The position numbers and the translations under genes are program-made. This document shows, piece after piece, positions 9,672-18,751 of a DNA stretch of 64,000 bases. Within the stretch, counting starts at the first letter, position 1. Each line of letters starts with the position of its first letter. The notes beneath the pieces were generated by a model. It ran no database searches. It was not told the DNA's origin and worked only from the letters and a program-made list of their open reading frames with translations. Source of the DNA: Deltaproteobacteria bacterium (GTDB lineage Bacteria > Desulfobacterota > DSM-4660 > Desulfatiglandales > Desulfatiglandaceae); contig DAINAR010000003.1 in assembly GCA_036733345.1 (NCBI GenBank), positions 8,052 to 72,051 of the forward strand, given 5' to 3'.

Positions 9672-10094
9672 GTGCAGATAAAAAAGATACTTGTTCCTGT
9701 CGACGGATCAGAGCATTCCATGCGTTCAGCCATGTATGCTATGGAATTGGCCGGGATGGTAGATGCTGATGTTGTGATACTATACTGCCATAGACCATTT
9801 CCTGTTGTCCTTGGTGAACCTTATTATCAGAAGGCAGTAGATGATCTTATGGAAGAATCAAACGCCCTGCTTGATCCGTACAGGGATCTTTTTAAGAAAG
9901 GAGGGGTTAAATTTGGAGATAGAATACTTTCAGGATCACCTCATGAAATTATTCCGGAAGTCGCCGAAATTGAGAAGTTTGACATAATTGTTATGGGCTC
10001 ACGCGGCTGCACAGATCTTGAAGGTTTGTTTTTGGGAAGCGTAACGCACAGGGTTTTGCATACAGCTAAATGTCCTGTGTTGATAGTTAAGTAA
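9672..10094 (+). CDS. Universal stress protein (UspA family)
   Basis: ILVPVDGSEHS ... IIVMGSRG...GSVTHRVLHTAKCPVLIV, the classic USP motifs. GTG start with GGAGG SD. Confidence 0.85.
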   Translation: MQIKKILVPVDGSEHSMRSAMYAMELAGMVDADVVILYCHRPFPVVLGEPYYQKAVDDLMEESNALLDPYRDLFKKGGVKFGDRILSGSPHEIIPEVAEIEKFDIIVMGSRGCTDLEGLFLGSVTHRVLHTAKCPVLIVK

Positions 10095-10166
10095 TATCAA
10101 TTCATAAATAATTATTTTTTCAGAATCTGCCTTAGCCTCAAGTTCATTAGTTATCTTTCAAATAAT

Positions 10167-11108
10167 TTATTCTACACTTTGCTTACTTATTTGCGGACGA
10201 GGCAGCAACCCGGCTCGTTCGATTATCTCGGCAGTATTTGCCTTTGGCCCTGGAGCCATAATGTGAATTCCTTTAACCTCTTTCATATCCCCGAGTTCTT
10301 TTATCTGATCTATACAGATTTTGATGCCTTCTTCACGCTGTTTATCTTTGGGTACTCCATTTAGACGGTCAATGACAAAGTCCGGGATGATTATTCCGGG
10401 GAGATTGTTGCTCATATACTGCGCCATTCCAATGGATTTTATCGCAATAATGCCTGGAATAATATAGCACTTTTCAGTTATGCCATGGTCTTTTGCCATG
10501 TTCAGCCAGATTCCAAACCGCTTGGTATCAAATACAGGTTGAGTTTGAATAAATTCAGCGCCTGCCCTGACTTTCTTTTTAAGTTTTATGATGTGTAATT
10601 CTTGTGATTCGACAAATGGATTCGCAACGCAACCTATAAAAAATCCTGGGATTCCTTCTACTTTATTACCATTAATCAACCGTCCTTCATCCCTTATACG
10701 TTTTACCGCTTCAATCCACTGGATAGAATCAAGATCAAATACTTTTTTTGCCTGTGGATGATCTCCTTTTACAGGGTGGTCTCCTGTCATGCAAACAACG
10801 TTTTTAATATCCAATGCAGAAGCCCCCAGGAGGTCGCTTTGAAGGGCAATCCGATTCCGGTCGCGTGTTGTCATTTGCATTACTGGCTCAATTCCTGAAT
10901 CAAGCAGGATCTTGCAAATAGCCCAACTTGACATTCTTACGTTTGCGCTGGGGTTGTCGTTTACATTTACAGCGTCCACATTCCCCAACAGTTCGGAGGC
11001 AATAAGACTTATTGAATCCAGATTCGCTCCGAGAGGAGGTGTGACCTCACATGTTACAGCAAAATGTCCTCTGCCGAGTATAGTTTGGAGATTTGTCTGG
11101 CTTTTCAT
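10167..11108 (-). CDS. metF: Methylenetetrahydrofolate reductase, acetogen/sulfate-reducer type
   Basis: MTHFR-family sequence (TRDRNRIALQSDLLGA..., VCMTGDHP). 4-nt overlap with upstream metV. Confidence 0.85.
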   Translation of the reverse strand: MKSQTNLQTILGRGHFAVTCEVTPPLGANLDSISLIASELLGNVDAVNVNDNPSANVRMSSWAICKILLDSGIEPVMQMTTRDRNRIALQSDLLGASALDIKNVVCMTGDHPVKGDHPQAKKVFDLDSIQWIEAVKRIRDEGRLINGNKVEGIPGFFIGCVANPFVESQELHIIKLKKKVRAGAEFIQTQPVFDTKRFGIWLNMAKDHGITEKCYIIPGIIAIKSIGMAQYMSNNLPGIIIPDFVIDRLNGVPKDKQREEGIKICIDQIKELGDMKEVKGIHIMAPGPKANTAEIIERAGLLPRPQISKQSVE

Positions 11109-11785
11109 AGCATCAAATCCTCTCTAATCATTTTACGGGGACCTCCTGAAAGACTTTTTGACCAGTCTTTAGGTCTGATAAGCTCTGATAAAAGATCAAG
11201 CTGGCCCAGTTTTTTAAGCCTTTTGTAGATAAGTTCCCATACGCAGTCAGTTGTATTATCAATTTCGCATTTTCCATTAAAGGAGCCTCCACAGGGACCG
11301 TTGAGAAGACCTTTTGCACAGCGTGTAACAGGGCACATCCCTCCAAAATTATGTATTTGACATTCTCCGCAGGCTGAACAATATTCAGCCCAAATGCCCT
11401 GCTCAACAGGGCCTCCCATGAAAACCGTGTTTAATCCCGGCAGGACAATAATATTATCAAATTCCTCTGCAATGTACTGGGGCCCAATACTGCAGGCAAG
11501 TGAAACAACAGCGTCATAAGTTTTCTTTTCGAATAAATCCCTAAGTGATGATACAAAATAGTGATCACACTGTCTCTCAAGGGTAATTTCATCAATCATT
11601 ACTGGTTTTCCTTCTTTCCGGCCTGCCATCCGTAAAGCCGATGCAAGTATGGAAACCTCTTTTTCTCCACCTGTATTACACACAGTTACGCATCCCCTGC
11701 AGCCTGCAATCAGTATGGTATTGTACCCATCAATCATCTTAAGCAATTCATCTATTGGTTTGAGTTCTCCAACAATCATATTCAA
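11105..11785 (-). CDS. metV: Methylene-THF reductase-associated Fe-S/zinc-ribbon subunit (MTHFR_C domain)
   Basis: CPVTRCAKGLLNGPCGGSFNGKCE motif characteristic of MetV. Overlaps mvhD and metF by 4 nt each. Confidence 0.8.
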   Translation of the reverse strand: MNMIVGELKPIDELLKMIDGYNTILIAGCRGCVTVCNTGGEKEVSILASALRMAGRKEGKPVMIDEITLERQCDHYFVSSLRDLFEKKTYDAVVSLACSIGPQYIAEEFDNIIVLPGLNTVFMGGPVEQGIWAEYCSACGECQIHNFGGMCPVTRCAKGLLNGPCGGSFNGKCEIDNTTDCVWELIYKRLKKLGQLDLLSELIRPKDWSKSLSGGPRKMIREDLML

Positions 11786-12207
11786 TGATCCCCCTGTTTT
11801 TTTAAAGGGCTCGGCCCTAATGCAGTTATTTTTTCTGTAATCAATTTTGCAACCTTTACAAATTCAGGAGCATCGGATGCCGAGATATTATACATCCCAA
11901 CTCGGTCCTGTTCGATTCCGATTTCACCCAATATCTTTTTTGCATAGTTGACCCTTTTTTTTGCTCTTATATTCCCGTTAATGAAATGGCAGTCCCCCTC
12001 CATGCAACCGGTAACAAATACACCATCAGCCCCTTGTTCGAATGCGTGAAGCAAATGGATGATATCAACTCGTCCGGAGCAGGGAACAATAATAATTTTA
12101 ATATTTGGAGGGTAGTTCATCCTGAGACTGCCCGCCAGATCTGCCGCTGCATAGGAACAGTAATTGCAGCAAAAAAAGATAATTTCAGGTTCAAATTTAG
12201 TGTTCAC
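11782..12207 (-). CDS. mvhD: MvhD/FlpD-like [2Fe-2S] protein (methyl-viologen-reducing hydrogenase delta subunit family)
   Basis: FCCNYCSYAAADLAG...VPCSGRVD...GADGVFVTGCMEGDCHF pattern. Confidence 0.85.
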   Translation of the reverse strand: MNTKFEPEIIFFCCNYCSYAAADLAGSLRMNYPPNIKIIIVPCSGRVDIIHLLHAFEQGADGVFVTGCMEGDCHFINGNIRAKKRVNYAKKILGEIGIEQDRVGMYNISASDAPEFVKVAKLITEKITALGPSPLKKQGDH

Positions 12208-12222
12208 TATAATTATCCATGT

Positions 12223-15200
12223 TTAACAAGTCGGAGCAGAAGGCTCAGGATTAAAAAGTGCTTCTATCATACCCAAGACCTGATTATTGGTGTAATGGTG
12301 CAGTGTTATAGCCTGCGCAGGACATTCGGCAGCACAGATTCCACATCCTTTGCATTGAGCAGGATCAATCTCTGAGATTCCGTCTGTATTGATAAAGGGC
12401 ACATGATAAGGACATATGAGCACACAGGTCATGCAGGCTGAGCAGAGTTCAGGGTTGACCTGTGAATAGGGACCACTGCATGTTATAGTGTCTCTGCATA
12501 GTATAGACATGGCCCTTCCGGCCGCACCTGCAGCCTGCGCGACAGCCTCTTCCATAAGCTTGGGACTGTGTGCATCTCCGCACAGGAACATACCGTCTGC
12601 TGCGAAGTCAAGGGGCCTAAGCTTAATATGAGCTTCAAGAAAAAACCCCTGATTATCTCTGGGGAGCTTGAAAATATCTGCTACCTGTGATGACATTTTG
12701 TGAGGCCTTAACCCTGCACTTAATACAATCCTTTCAGGTAAAAGAGTCACTCGGCGACCTATTGAAAGATCTGTAAAAGACATATGTAAAACTCCGTTTT
12801 CCTCAAATACCTCAGGTGGAGTTTCAGGTGAGTATCTTATGAAAATAACACCATTTTTTCGTGCATCATTATATATAAGCTCATTGAATCCGAATGTTCT
12901 AATATCTCTGTATAAGACAAATACCTGTGCATCCGGGTTTATTTTTTTGAGTTTAAGTGAATTGGTTACGGCCTGCTTACAGCAAATGCGACTGCAATAG
13001 GGATTTTTTTCAGTCCTTGATCCAACGCACTGGATCATCGCAACAGAACGGATTGATTTTATGCTATTCAGGTTTTCGTGAAATTCCCGTATCAGTTCAC
13101 TTTGAGTAATAACATTAGGATTTATTCCATAGAGATATTCAGTTGGATGGTATTCCTCAGCACCGGTTGCGATGATAACTGTTCCATGCCGAACTGTCTC
13201 AAGCATTCCTTTTTCATGTCCGATTTCAGAACAGAAATCTCCGGAACGACCTGTAAAATATTTTACAGTTGATCTGGTGTGAAGTGTAATATTTGGATGT
13301 TTCTTAACCTTTTTAATTAGTTCTTCGACGTTTATATTTGGAGAATTGCCTTCAGGGTTGTACAAAAGGCTGGCATGACGTCCTCCAAGGGTCTCAGACT
13401 GTTCCACAAGATGAGTCTCAATATCATTTTCAGCCAATACAAATGATGCTGTCAAACCGGCAATGCCGCCTCCTACAATAAGACATTTACGCTCAACCTT
13501 TATTTCCCTGCTTAAAATGGGTTGCTGCACCGCGACGCGTCCAACTGACATTCGGATTAGGTCTTTAGCCTTTTGCGTGGCAGTTAAAGGCTGATCTGCG
13601 TGAACCCATGAACATTGGTTCCTGATATTTGCCATTTCAAGCAGGTAGGGATTGATTCCGGCCTCTTTAAGAGTATTTCTGAAAAGCTGTTCATGTGTCC
13701 TGGGGGAACATGATGCAATAACAATGCGGTTAAGGTCTTTTTTTAAAATTAATTCCTTTATTTTTTCCTTTGAATCGGTGGAGCAGGCAAAAAGAAAGAC
13801 GTGGGAAGCAACAACGCCTGGAAGTCCTTTTGAATAATCAGCTGTTTCCTCGACATCTACAACTCCGGAAATATTGGTTCCGCAGCAACAGACAAAAACA
13901 CCAATTCGAGGTTCACAATAAATATCATAACGCTCGGCGGGATAAGAAGGCTTGGTAGATGTTTTCCCTCTAGCATTTTTTATAGGAAGAGACGCCAGAG
14001 CTGCTGCTCCGCTGGCCTGCGCAACAGTTTCGGGTATGTCCTTTGGTCCTTCAAACATTCCACAAACATAAATTCCTTCACGCGATGTACATAAAATACT
14101 ATCGGACTGCGTTTTGGCAAACCCGAATCTATTAAGATCTATATGAAGACGTTCTGCCATAAGGCTGCTGTCAACGGAAGGAGAAATTCCAACAGACAGG
14201 ACGACCATACCAAATACCTCTTCATTCATTTCATTTGTGTCAGGATCAACGTACGTAAGTACAAGCTCTTTTGTTGCCGGATTCTCGGCTACACGAGAGA
14301 TCATTGACCTGATATAGCGGACATTGCCCTGTTGCTCGGCACGCTGGCAGTATGCGTCAAATCCCTTGCCCTGTGCTCTCAGATCCAGGTAGAAAATTGT
14401 GGAACTAAGGCCATCATGATGCTCCGTCGCTAAAAGGGCTTCTTTTGTAGCTGACATGCAGCATATTGAAGAGCAGAACTCCCTTCCATTTCTTATGGAT
14501 TCTCTGGATCCGACGCACTGTATCCACGCAACTTTTTCGGGAACTTCCTTATCAGAAGGGCGGAGTACCTTCCCGTTATATGGGCCTGTTGCTGAAAGGA
14601 TCCTCTCGAACTCCATATTTGTAATTACATTCTGATATCGTCCATAACCATACTCGGGAGTATTTTCGGGGTTGAACAATTCAAACCCGGGAGCAAGAAT
14701 GACTGTACCCACTTTTATTGAAATATCTTCTTCCTGCTGATCAAAGCTAATTGCATTGCTTTTACAAAATTTTTCACATGCCCTGCACTTACCGTTTTTG
14801 AAGTAGATACAGTACTCTGGATCGATTGCATATACTAAAGGGGAGGCCTGAGGATAATCAATATATATGGCCTTACGATTCATTAATCCTTCATTGTAGT
14901 TGTCTTTCACTGTTACAGGGCATTTCTGGGCGCATAAACCGCAGCCAGTGCATTTATCTTCATCAACAAAACGAGGATGTTTTTTAATCCTTGCAGTAAA
15001 ATTCCCGACCGATCCATCAAGATCGATCAATTCGGCCATAGTAATTATATCAATATCAGGATGGCTTTCACATGCTATCAGCTTGGGAGAGAGCATGCAC
15101 ATTGAGCAGTCATTGGTTGGAAATGTCTTATCCAGTTTGCTCATGCTGCCTCCGATGGAACCTTTTCGTTCCACAATATATACCTTAAAGCCCGATTCGG

Positions 15201-15288
15201 CTAAGTCAAGGGAGGCCTGAATGCCCGCAATTCCCGCACCTAGTATCAAAACGCTGCCAATTTGCTCTGTTGACGATATTTTTGTCAT
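12223..15288 (-). CDS. hdrA: Heterodisulfide reductase subunit A-like flavoprotein, tandem (double-module) form, 1021 aa
   Basis: Two Rossmann GxGxxG sites (ILGAGIAGIQ; IVGGGIAGLT). Two QCVGSR...C..ICC motifs. CxxCxxCxxxCP ferredoxin motifs internally and at the C-terminus. Confidence 0.88.
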   Translation of the reverse strand: MTKISSTEQIGSVLILGAGIAGIQASLDLAESGFKVYIVERKGSIGGSMSKLDKTFPTNDCSMCMLSPKLIACESHPDIDIITMAELIDLDGSVGNFTARIKKHPRFVDEDKCTGCGLCAQKCPVTVKDNYNEGLMNRKAIYIDYPQASPLVYAIDPEYCIYFKNGKCRACEKFCKSNAISFDQQEEDISIKVGTVILAPGFELFNPENTPEYGYGRYQNVITNMEFERILSATGPYNGKVLRPSDKEVPEKVAWIQCVGSRESIRNGREFCSSICCMSATKEALLATEHHDGLSSTIFYLDLRAQGKGFDAYCQRAEQQGNVRYIRSMISRVAENPATKELVLTYVDPDTNEMNEEVFGMVVLSVGISPSVDSSLMAERLHIDLNRFGFAKTQSDSILCTSREGIYVCGMFEGPKDIPETVAQASGAAALASLPIKNARGKTSTKPSYPAERYDIYCEPRIGVFVCCCGTNISGVVDVEETADYSKGLPGVVASHVFLFACSTDSKEKIKELILKKDLNRIVIASCSPRTHEQLFRNTLKEAGINPYLLEMANIRNQCSWVHADQPLTATQKAKDLIRMSVGRVAVQQPILSREIKVERKCLIVGGGIAGLTASFVLAENDIETHLVEQSETLGGRHASLLYNPEGNSPNINVEELIKKVKKHPNITLHTRSTVKYFTGRSGDFCSEIGHEKGMLETVRHGTVIIATGAEEYHPTEYLYGINPNVITQSELIREFHENLNSIKSIRSVAMIQCVGSRTEKNPYCSRICCKQAVTNSLKLKKINPDAQVFVLYRDIRTFGFNELIYNDARKNGVIFIRYSPETPPEVFEENGVLHMSFTDLSIGRRVTLLPERIVLSAGLRPHKMSSQVADIFKLPRDNQGFFLEAHIKLRPLDFAADGMFLCGDAHSPKLMEEAVAQAAGAAGRAMSILCRDTITCSGPYSQVNPELCSACMTCVLICPYHVPFINTDGISEIDPAQCKGCGICAAECPAQAITLHHYTNNQVLGMIEALFNPEPSAPTC

Positions 15289-15404
15289 TTATTCGTTTAT
15301 CGCTTTCCGTTGTGGCTGATTATCTAATGTATTGTGGAAAAGCCGGCCTTTCAATATGCCTTTATGCCTTAGGTATTCTGCTATTCATGGGATAGCACCT
15401 GAAT

Positions 15405-16217
15405 TCAATAAAGCTTTGTTTTCAAAAGGGGAACAGGATCAACAATATGGCTCCTCAGCCATTTAAAAGTTCCTTTGAGCCCGAGTGCAAGTCCGATTAG
15501 TTCAGTAAAATAAAAGATCGGAATATAATATTTCTGTCCGAATTGCTCTGAGATATCATGCTGGTATAGATCAAGGTTATTATGGCACATCTGACAGGAT
15601 ACAATAATACATTCAGCTCCCGCTTCGATGGCTTTATCGTAGAGCTTTTTAACAAGTTTATTCACTATATCCTGGCGCGAGATGGAAAGGCTTGCTCCGC
15701 AGCAGTCTGTTTTATAAGACCATTCAATTACGTTAATTCCCAAGGCTTTTGCAATTCTATCCATATCGCAGGGATTTTCATATTCTTTACTCCGGGTAAT
15801 TGCTGGTGGACGATTTGCCATACATCCATAATAGCAGACAGCTTTTAAGGAACTGAGAGGCTTGATAACACGGGATTGTATCTTTTTGAGCCATTCATTT
15901 TTTCCCATAAATGATGAGATGTTATATATCACAATATCTGACAAAGAAGCTCGATGTGCCCTTGCAAGACGGTTGTAGCAAAGAGGACACGGAACTAACA
16001 TATCGTTAGATAGTTTTTCAGCCTGTTTAACATTATATGCAGATAGGGAAAGAGCAAGTTTTTCATCGAGAGTATGTGCTGATGTGGACCCACAACAGAT
16101 CCAGTCAGGTAGTTCATGCAGGTCTATGCCTATTGCTTTACACACTGACCTGATTGATTGGTCATAGTGCCTTGCAGATGATTTTAAGGAGCACCCTGGG
16201 TAATATGTTAAATCCAT
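15405..16217 (-). CDS. hdrB: Heterodisulfide reductase subunit B-like (two CCG domains)
   Basis: PDWICCGSTSAH and KTDCCGASLS CCG motifs. Confidence 0.85.
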   Translation of the reverse strand: MDLTYYPGCSLKSSARHYDQSIRSVCKAIGIDLHELPDWICCGSTSAHTLDEKLALSLSAYNVKQAEKLSNDMLVPCPLCYNRLARAHRASLSDIVIYNISSFMGKNEWLKKIQSRVIKPLSSLKAVCYYGCMANRPPAITRSKEYENPCDMDRIAKALGINVIEWSYKTDCCGASLSISRQDIVNKLVKKLYDKAIEAGAECIIVSCQMCHNNLDLYQHDISEQFGQKYYIPIFYFTELIGLALGLKGTFKWLRSHIVDPVPLLKTKLY

Positions 16218-16227
16218 TTGCTTGCTA

Positions 16228-16803
16228 TCAAGAACCGAAAAGTCTGTTTATTGCGCGATTTCTGTTTCGTTTAAAGTTTAAAGGCAGTAAGGAGAGGCGG
16301 CCTTTTTTAAGTAATTTTAATCCTAACCGAAAGATGTTGAGAATATTCTGAAACTGTATCCTTTTTTCCCTTCTTGCTGTTTTTAAATGATAATCTATCA
16401 TAAGGATAGTTTCATTTGCTCTGCCAAATCTTTTGATGTTGCTCAGGAAAGCCTCGTGAAAAGAAGCGGTTGGAATTTCTGCCGGCTTTTTCCCATGAGC
16501 CAGACATCGGTGTTTAAGGTAATCCATCAGCTTCGGAATATCTATCTGATTCGGACATCTGGTGAAGCATGTCTCACACGCTGAACACAGCCAGATGCTT
16601 TTTGAAGAATTAATCTCATCAATAAAACCGAGTTGAACCATCCTGATGATCTGATGTGGATAATAATCCATGGCAAAGGTAACAGGGCAGCCATTGGTAC
16701 ATTTCCGGCACTGATAACAGGAAAAGAGATCCAGCCCGCTTTCCGAAGCTACTGTTTTAGCAAAGCTGTAGTTTATTTTTTTTGGATCTTTGTTTGAGCT
16801 CAT
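16228..16803 (-). CDS. hdrC: Heterodisulfide reductase subunit C-like 4Fe-4S dicluster protein
   Basis: CYQCRKCTNGCP and CSACETCFTRCP motifs; sits directly upstream of hdrB. Confidence 0.85.
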   Translation of the reverse strand: MSSNKDPKKINYSFAKTVASESGLDLFSCYQCRKCTNGCPVTFAMDYYPHQIIRMVQLGFIDEINSSKSIWLCSACETCFTRCPNQIDIPKLMDYLKHRCLAHGKKPAEIPTASFHEAFLSNIKRFGRANETILMIDYHLKTARREKRIQFQNILNIFRLGLKLLKKGRLSLLPLNFKRNRNRAINRLFGS

Positions 16804-16823
16804 GAGATCTTATTGATTCAATC

Positions 16824-16955
16824 TCTTCGGGTTAAATTCCCCGAAGCTTGCTTCGCCTTGTCATCCCGGACTTGATAAGCCTGCCCCGGACCTCGTTTCG
16901 GGGGGACCCAGCCAAGCATGTTTCTAGACGGTTGATACCCCTAGCTTGCTGCGGG
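16824..16955. repeat. Multi-hairpin intergenic repeat, family A, copy 2
   Basis: Ends match 2187-2328 (TCTTCGGGTTAAATTCCCCGAAGCTTG...GTCATCCCGGACTTGAT ... CAAGCATGTTTCT ... GATACCCCTAGCTTGCTGCGGGGTAGTTCATT). The internal hairpin modules differ. Lies 21 nt upstream of the hdrC ATG. Confidence 0.8.
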
Positions 16956-17020
16956 GTAGTTCATTTAAGTACAAAAAAAACTTAAAATGCAAAAAAATGT
17001 GTAGACCATATTTAAAGCCA

Positions 17021-17162
17021 TCGTAAAAAGTCGTCACACCGGCCCCGCGTCAAGTTCGGGATAAATTCCAACCGGAGTCCAGATACCACTTAACTACCTA
17101 AAAACACTGGATTCCGACTTTCGTCGGAATGACGAAAAGTGGTGCTTTTCGACTTTTTACGA
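17021..17162. repeat. MITE-like element, family B, with 13-bp perfect terminal inverted repeats
   Basis: TCGTAAAAAGTCG at 17021-17033 and CGACTTTTTACGA at 17150-17162. Internal hairpin GGATTCCGACtttcGTCGGAATGA at 17109-17132. No coding capacity. Confidence 0.65.
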
Positions 17163-17243
17163 GTTCATAATATTTGGTTAACATGTCAGCAACTGCGTTT
17201 GCAAGCTCTTTTGATTAAATTTTTCATATCCTGATTGGAACTT

Positions 17244-17285
17244 AAAAAAAGGCCTTCAGAAGATTTTTCTACTGAAGGCCTTTTT
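17244..17285 (-). terminator. Intrinsic terminator of gdhA (structurally bidirectional)
   Basis: A7-GGCCTTCAG-(12 nt)-CTGAAGGCC-T5, located 38 nt downstream of the gdhA stop. Confidence 0.85.
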
Positions 17286-17322
17286 AATGGGATAATAGAT
17301 TCCAGAGAATATAAACGCAGTT

Positions 17323-18672
17323 CTATACCAGACCTTGATCCAGCATAGCATTTACAACCTTGACAAAACCGGCAATATTAGCACCTGCCATGTAATTGCC
17401 CTGCATTCCATATTCCGCAGACGCATCCAGACAAGTTTGATGAATACTTCTCATTATCATCTTAAGACGACTATCTACTTCTTCCCTTGGCCAGTTTAAA
17501 CGCATACTGTTCTGTGCCATCTCAAGACCTGATACTGCCACACCGCCGGCATTGGCTGCCTTGCCCGGGGCATAAAAGAGTTTATTATCAAGGAAGATGT
17601 TAATAGCCTCTGGCGTTGACGGCATATTTGATCCTTCACTAACAAGTCTGACGCCGTTATTGACTAGATTTTGTGCATCTTTTCCGTTTATTTCATTCTG
17701 GGTTGCACAGGGAAAGGCGCAATAGGCATTGTGGTTCCATAGGGGATTATAGTCAAGTGATGTGTCCACCTCCGTGAAAACTGCTTCCGAGTATTTGTCA
17801 ACATACTCACTGATCCTGCCGCGCCTGATATTTTTCAGCCTTTTTACAAACGCAAGCTTATCACTGTCTATTCCTTCTTCATCATAAATATAGCCCGATG
17901 AATCGGAAAGCGTGACAACCTTGCCACCCAGTTCAATGATTTTCTCAGCAGTATGTTGCGCTACATTTCCAGATCCGGAAACCAGACATACTTTCTCTTC
18001 CATACTGTCATTCTGAGTGGACAGCATCTCTGCAGCAAAATATACACAACCATAACCCGTTGCTTCGGGACGAATAAGGCTGCCGCCCCAGCCAAGGCTC
18101 TTGCCGGTAAGAACACCGGTAAACTCATTTCGGAGTCTTTTATACATACCGAAAAGATAACCAATTTCTCTGGCTCCAACGCCTATATCTCCTGCAGGCA
18201 CATCGGTGTCCGGACCAATATGACGATAGAGTTCAGCCATGAAACTCTGACAGAAATGCATAACCTCATTATCTGATTTTCCCTTGGGGTCAAAATCCGA
18301 TCCGCCTTTTCCACCTCCCATTGAAAGAGTAGTAAGGGCGTTTTTAAATACCTGTTCAAATGCAAGGAATTTAAGGATGCTTAAGTTAACGGACGGGTGA
18401 AACCGTATACCCCCTTTATAAGGTCCTATAGCACTATTCATCTGGATCCTGAATCCACGGTTAACCTGTACCTGTCCCTGGTCATCCATCCAGGGAACTC
18501 TGAACATTATAACGCGTTCAGGTTCCGTAATTCTTTCCAGAATTGCAGCCTGGCGATATTCCGGGTTTCGGTCAAGGACAGGCTGGACGGTTTCGAGTAC
18601 CTCTTGTACTGCCTGGTGAAATTCCTTTTCATAAGGATCTCTTGAAATTATTGTTTTTAAAAATTCAGACAT
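17323..18672 (-). CDS. gdhA: NADP-specific glutamate dehydrogenase
   Basis: KGGIRFHPSVNLSILKFLAFEQVFKNALTTLSMGGGKGGSDFDPKGKS motif. 449 aa, like E. coli GdhA. SD GGGAGG. Confidence 0.93.
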   Translation of the reverse strand: MSEFLKTIISRDPYEKEFHQAVQEVLETVQPVLDRNPEYRQAAILERITEPERVIMFRVPWMDDQGQVQVNRGFRIQMNSAIGPYKGGIRFHPSVNLSILKFLAFEQVFKNALTTLSMGGGKGGSDFDPKGKSDNEVMHFCQSFMAELYRHIGPDTDVPAGDIGVGAREIGYLFGMYKRLRNEFTGVLTGKSLGWGGSLIRPEATGYGCVYFAAEMLSTQNDSMEEKVCLVSGSGNVAQHTAEKIIELGGKVVTLSDSSGYIYDEEGIDSDKLAFVKRLKNIRRGRISEYVDKYSEAVFTEVDTSLDYNPLWNHNAYCAFPCATQNEINGKDAQNLVNNGVRLVSEGSNMPSTPEAINIFLDNKLFYAPGKAANAGGVAVSGLEMAQNSMRLNWPREEVDSRLKMIMRSIHQTCLDASAEYGMQGNYMAGANIAGFVKVVNAMLDQGLV

Positions 18673-18751
18673 TATTACCTCCCTGTTTTTAATAAGTTAA
18701 AATCTATACAATCAAATATGTTTTCAGCTTTAGAATGTCAGTTAAGATGTC

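Noticed and set aside
12223-15288. Possible selenocysteine (in-frame TGA) form of HdrA, or a split or frameshifted hdrA.
   Set aside because: The 1021-codon frame is uninterrupted, and Cys occupies the positions in the DCSMC motif. No SECIS-like requirement is evident.
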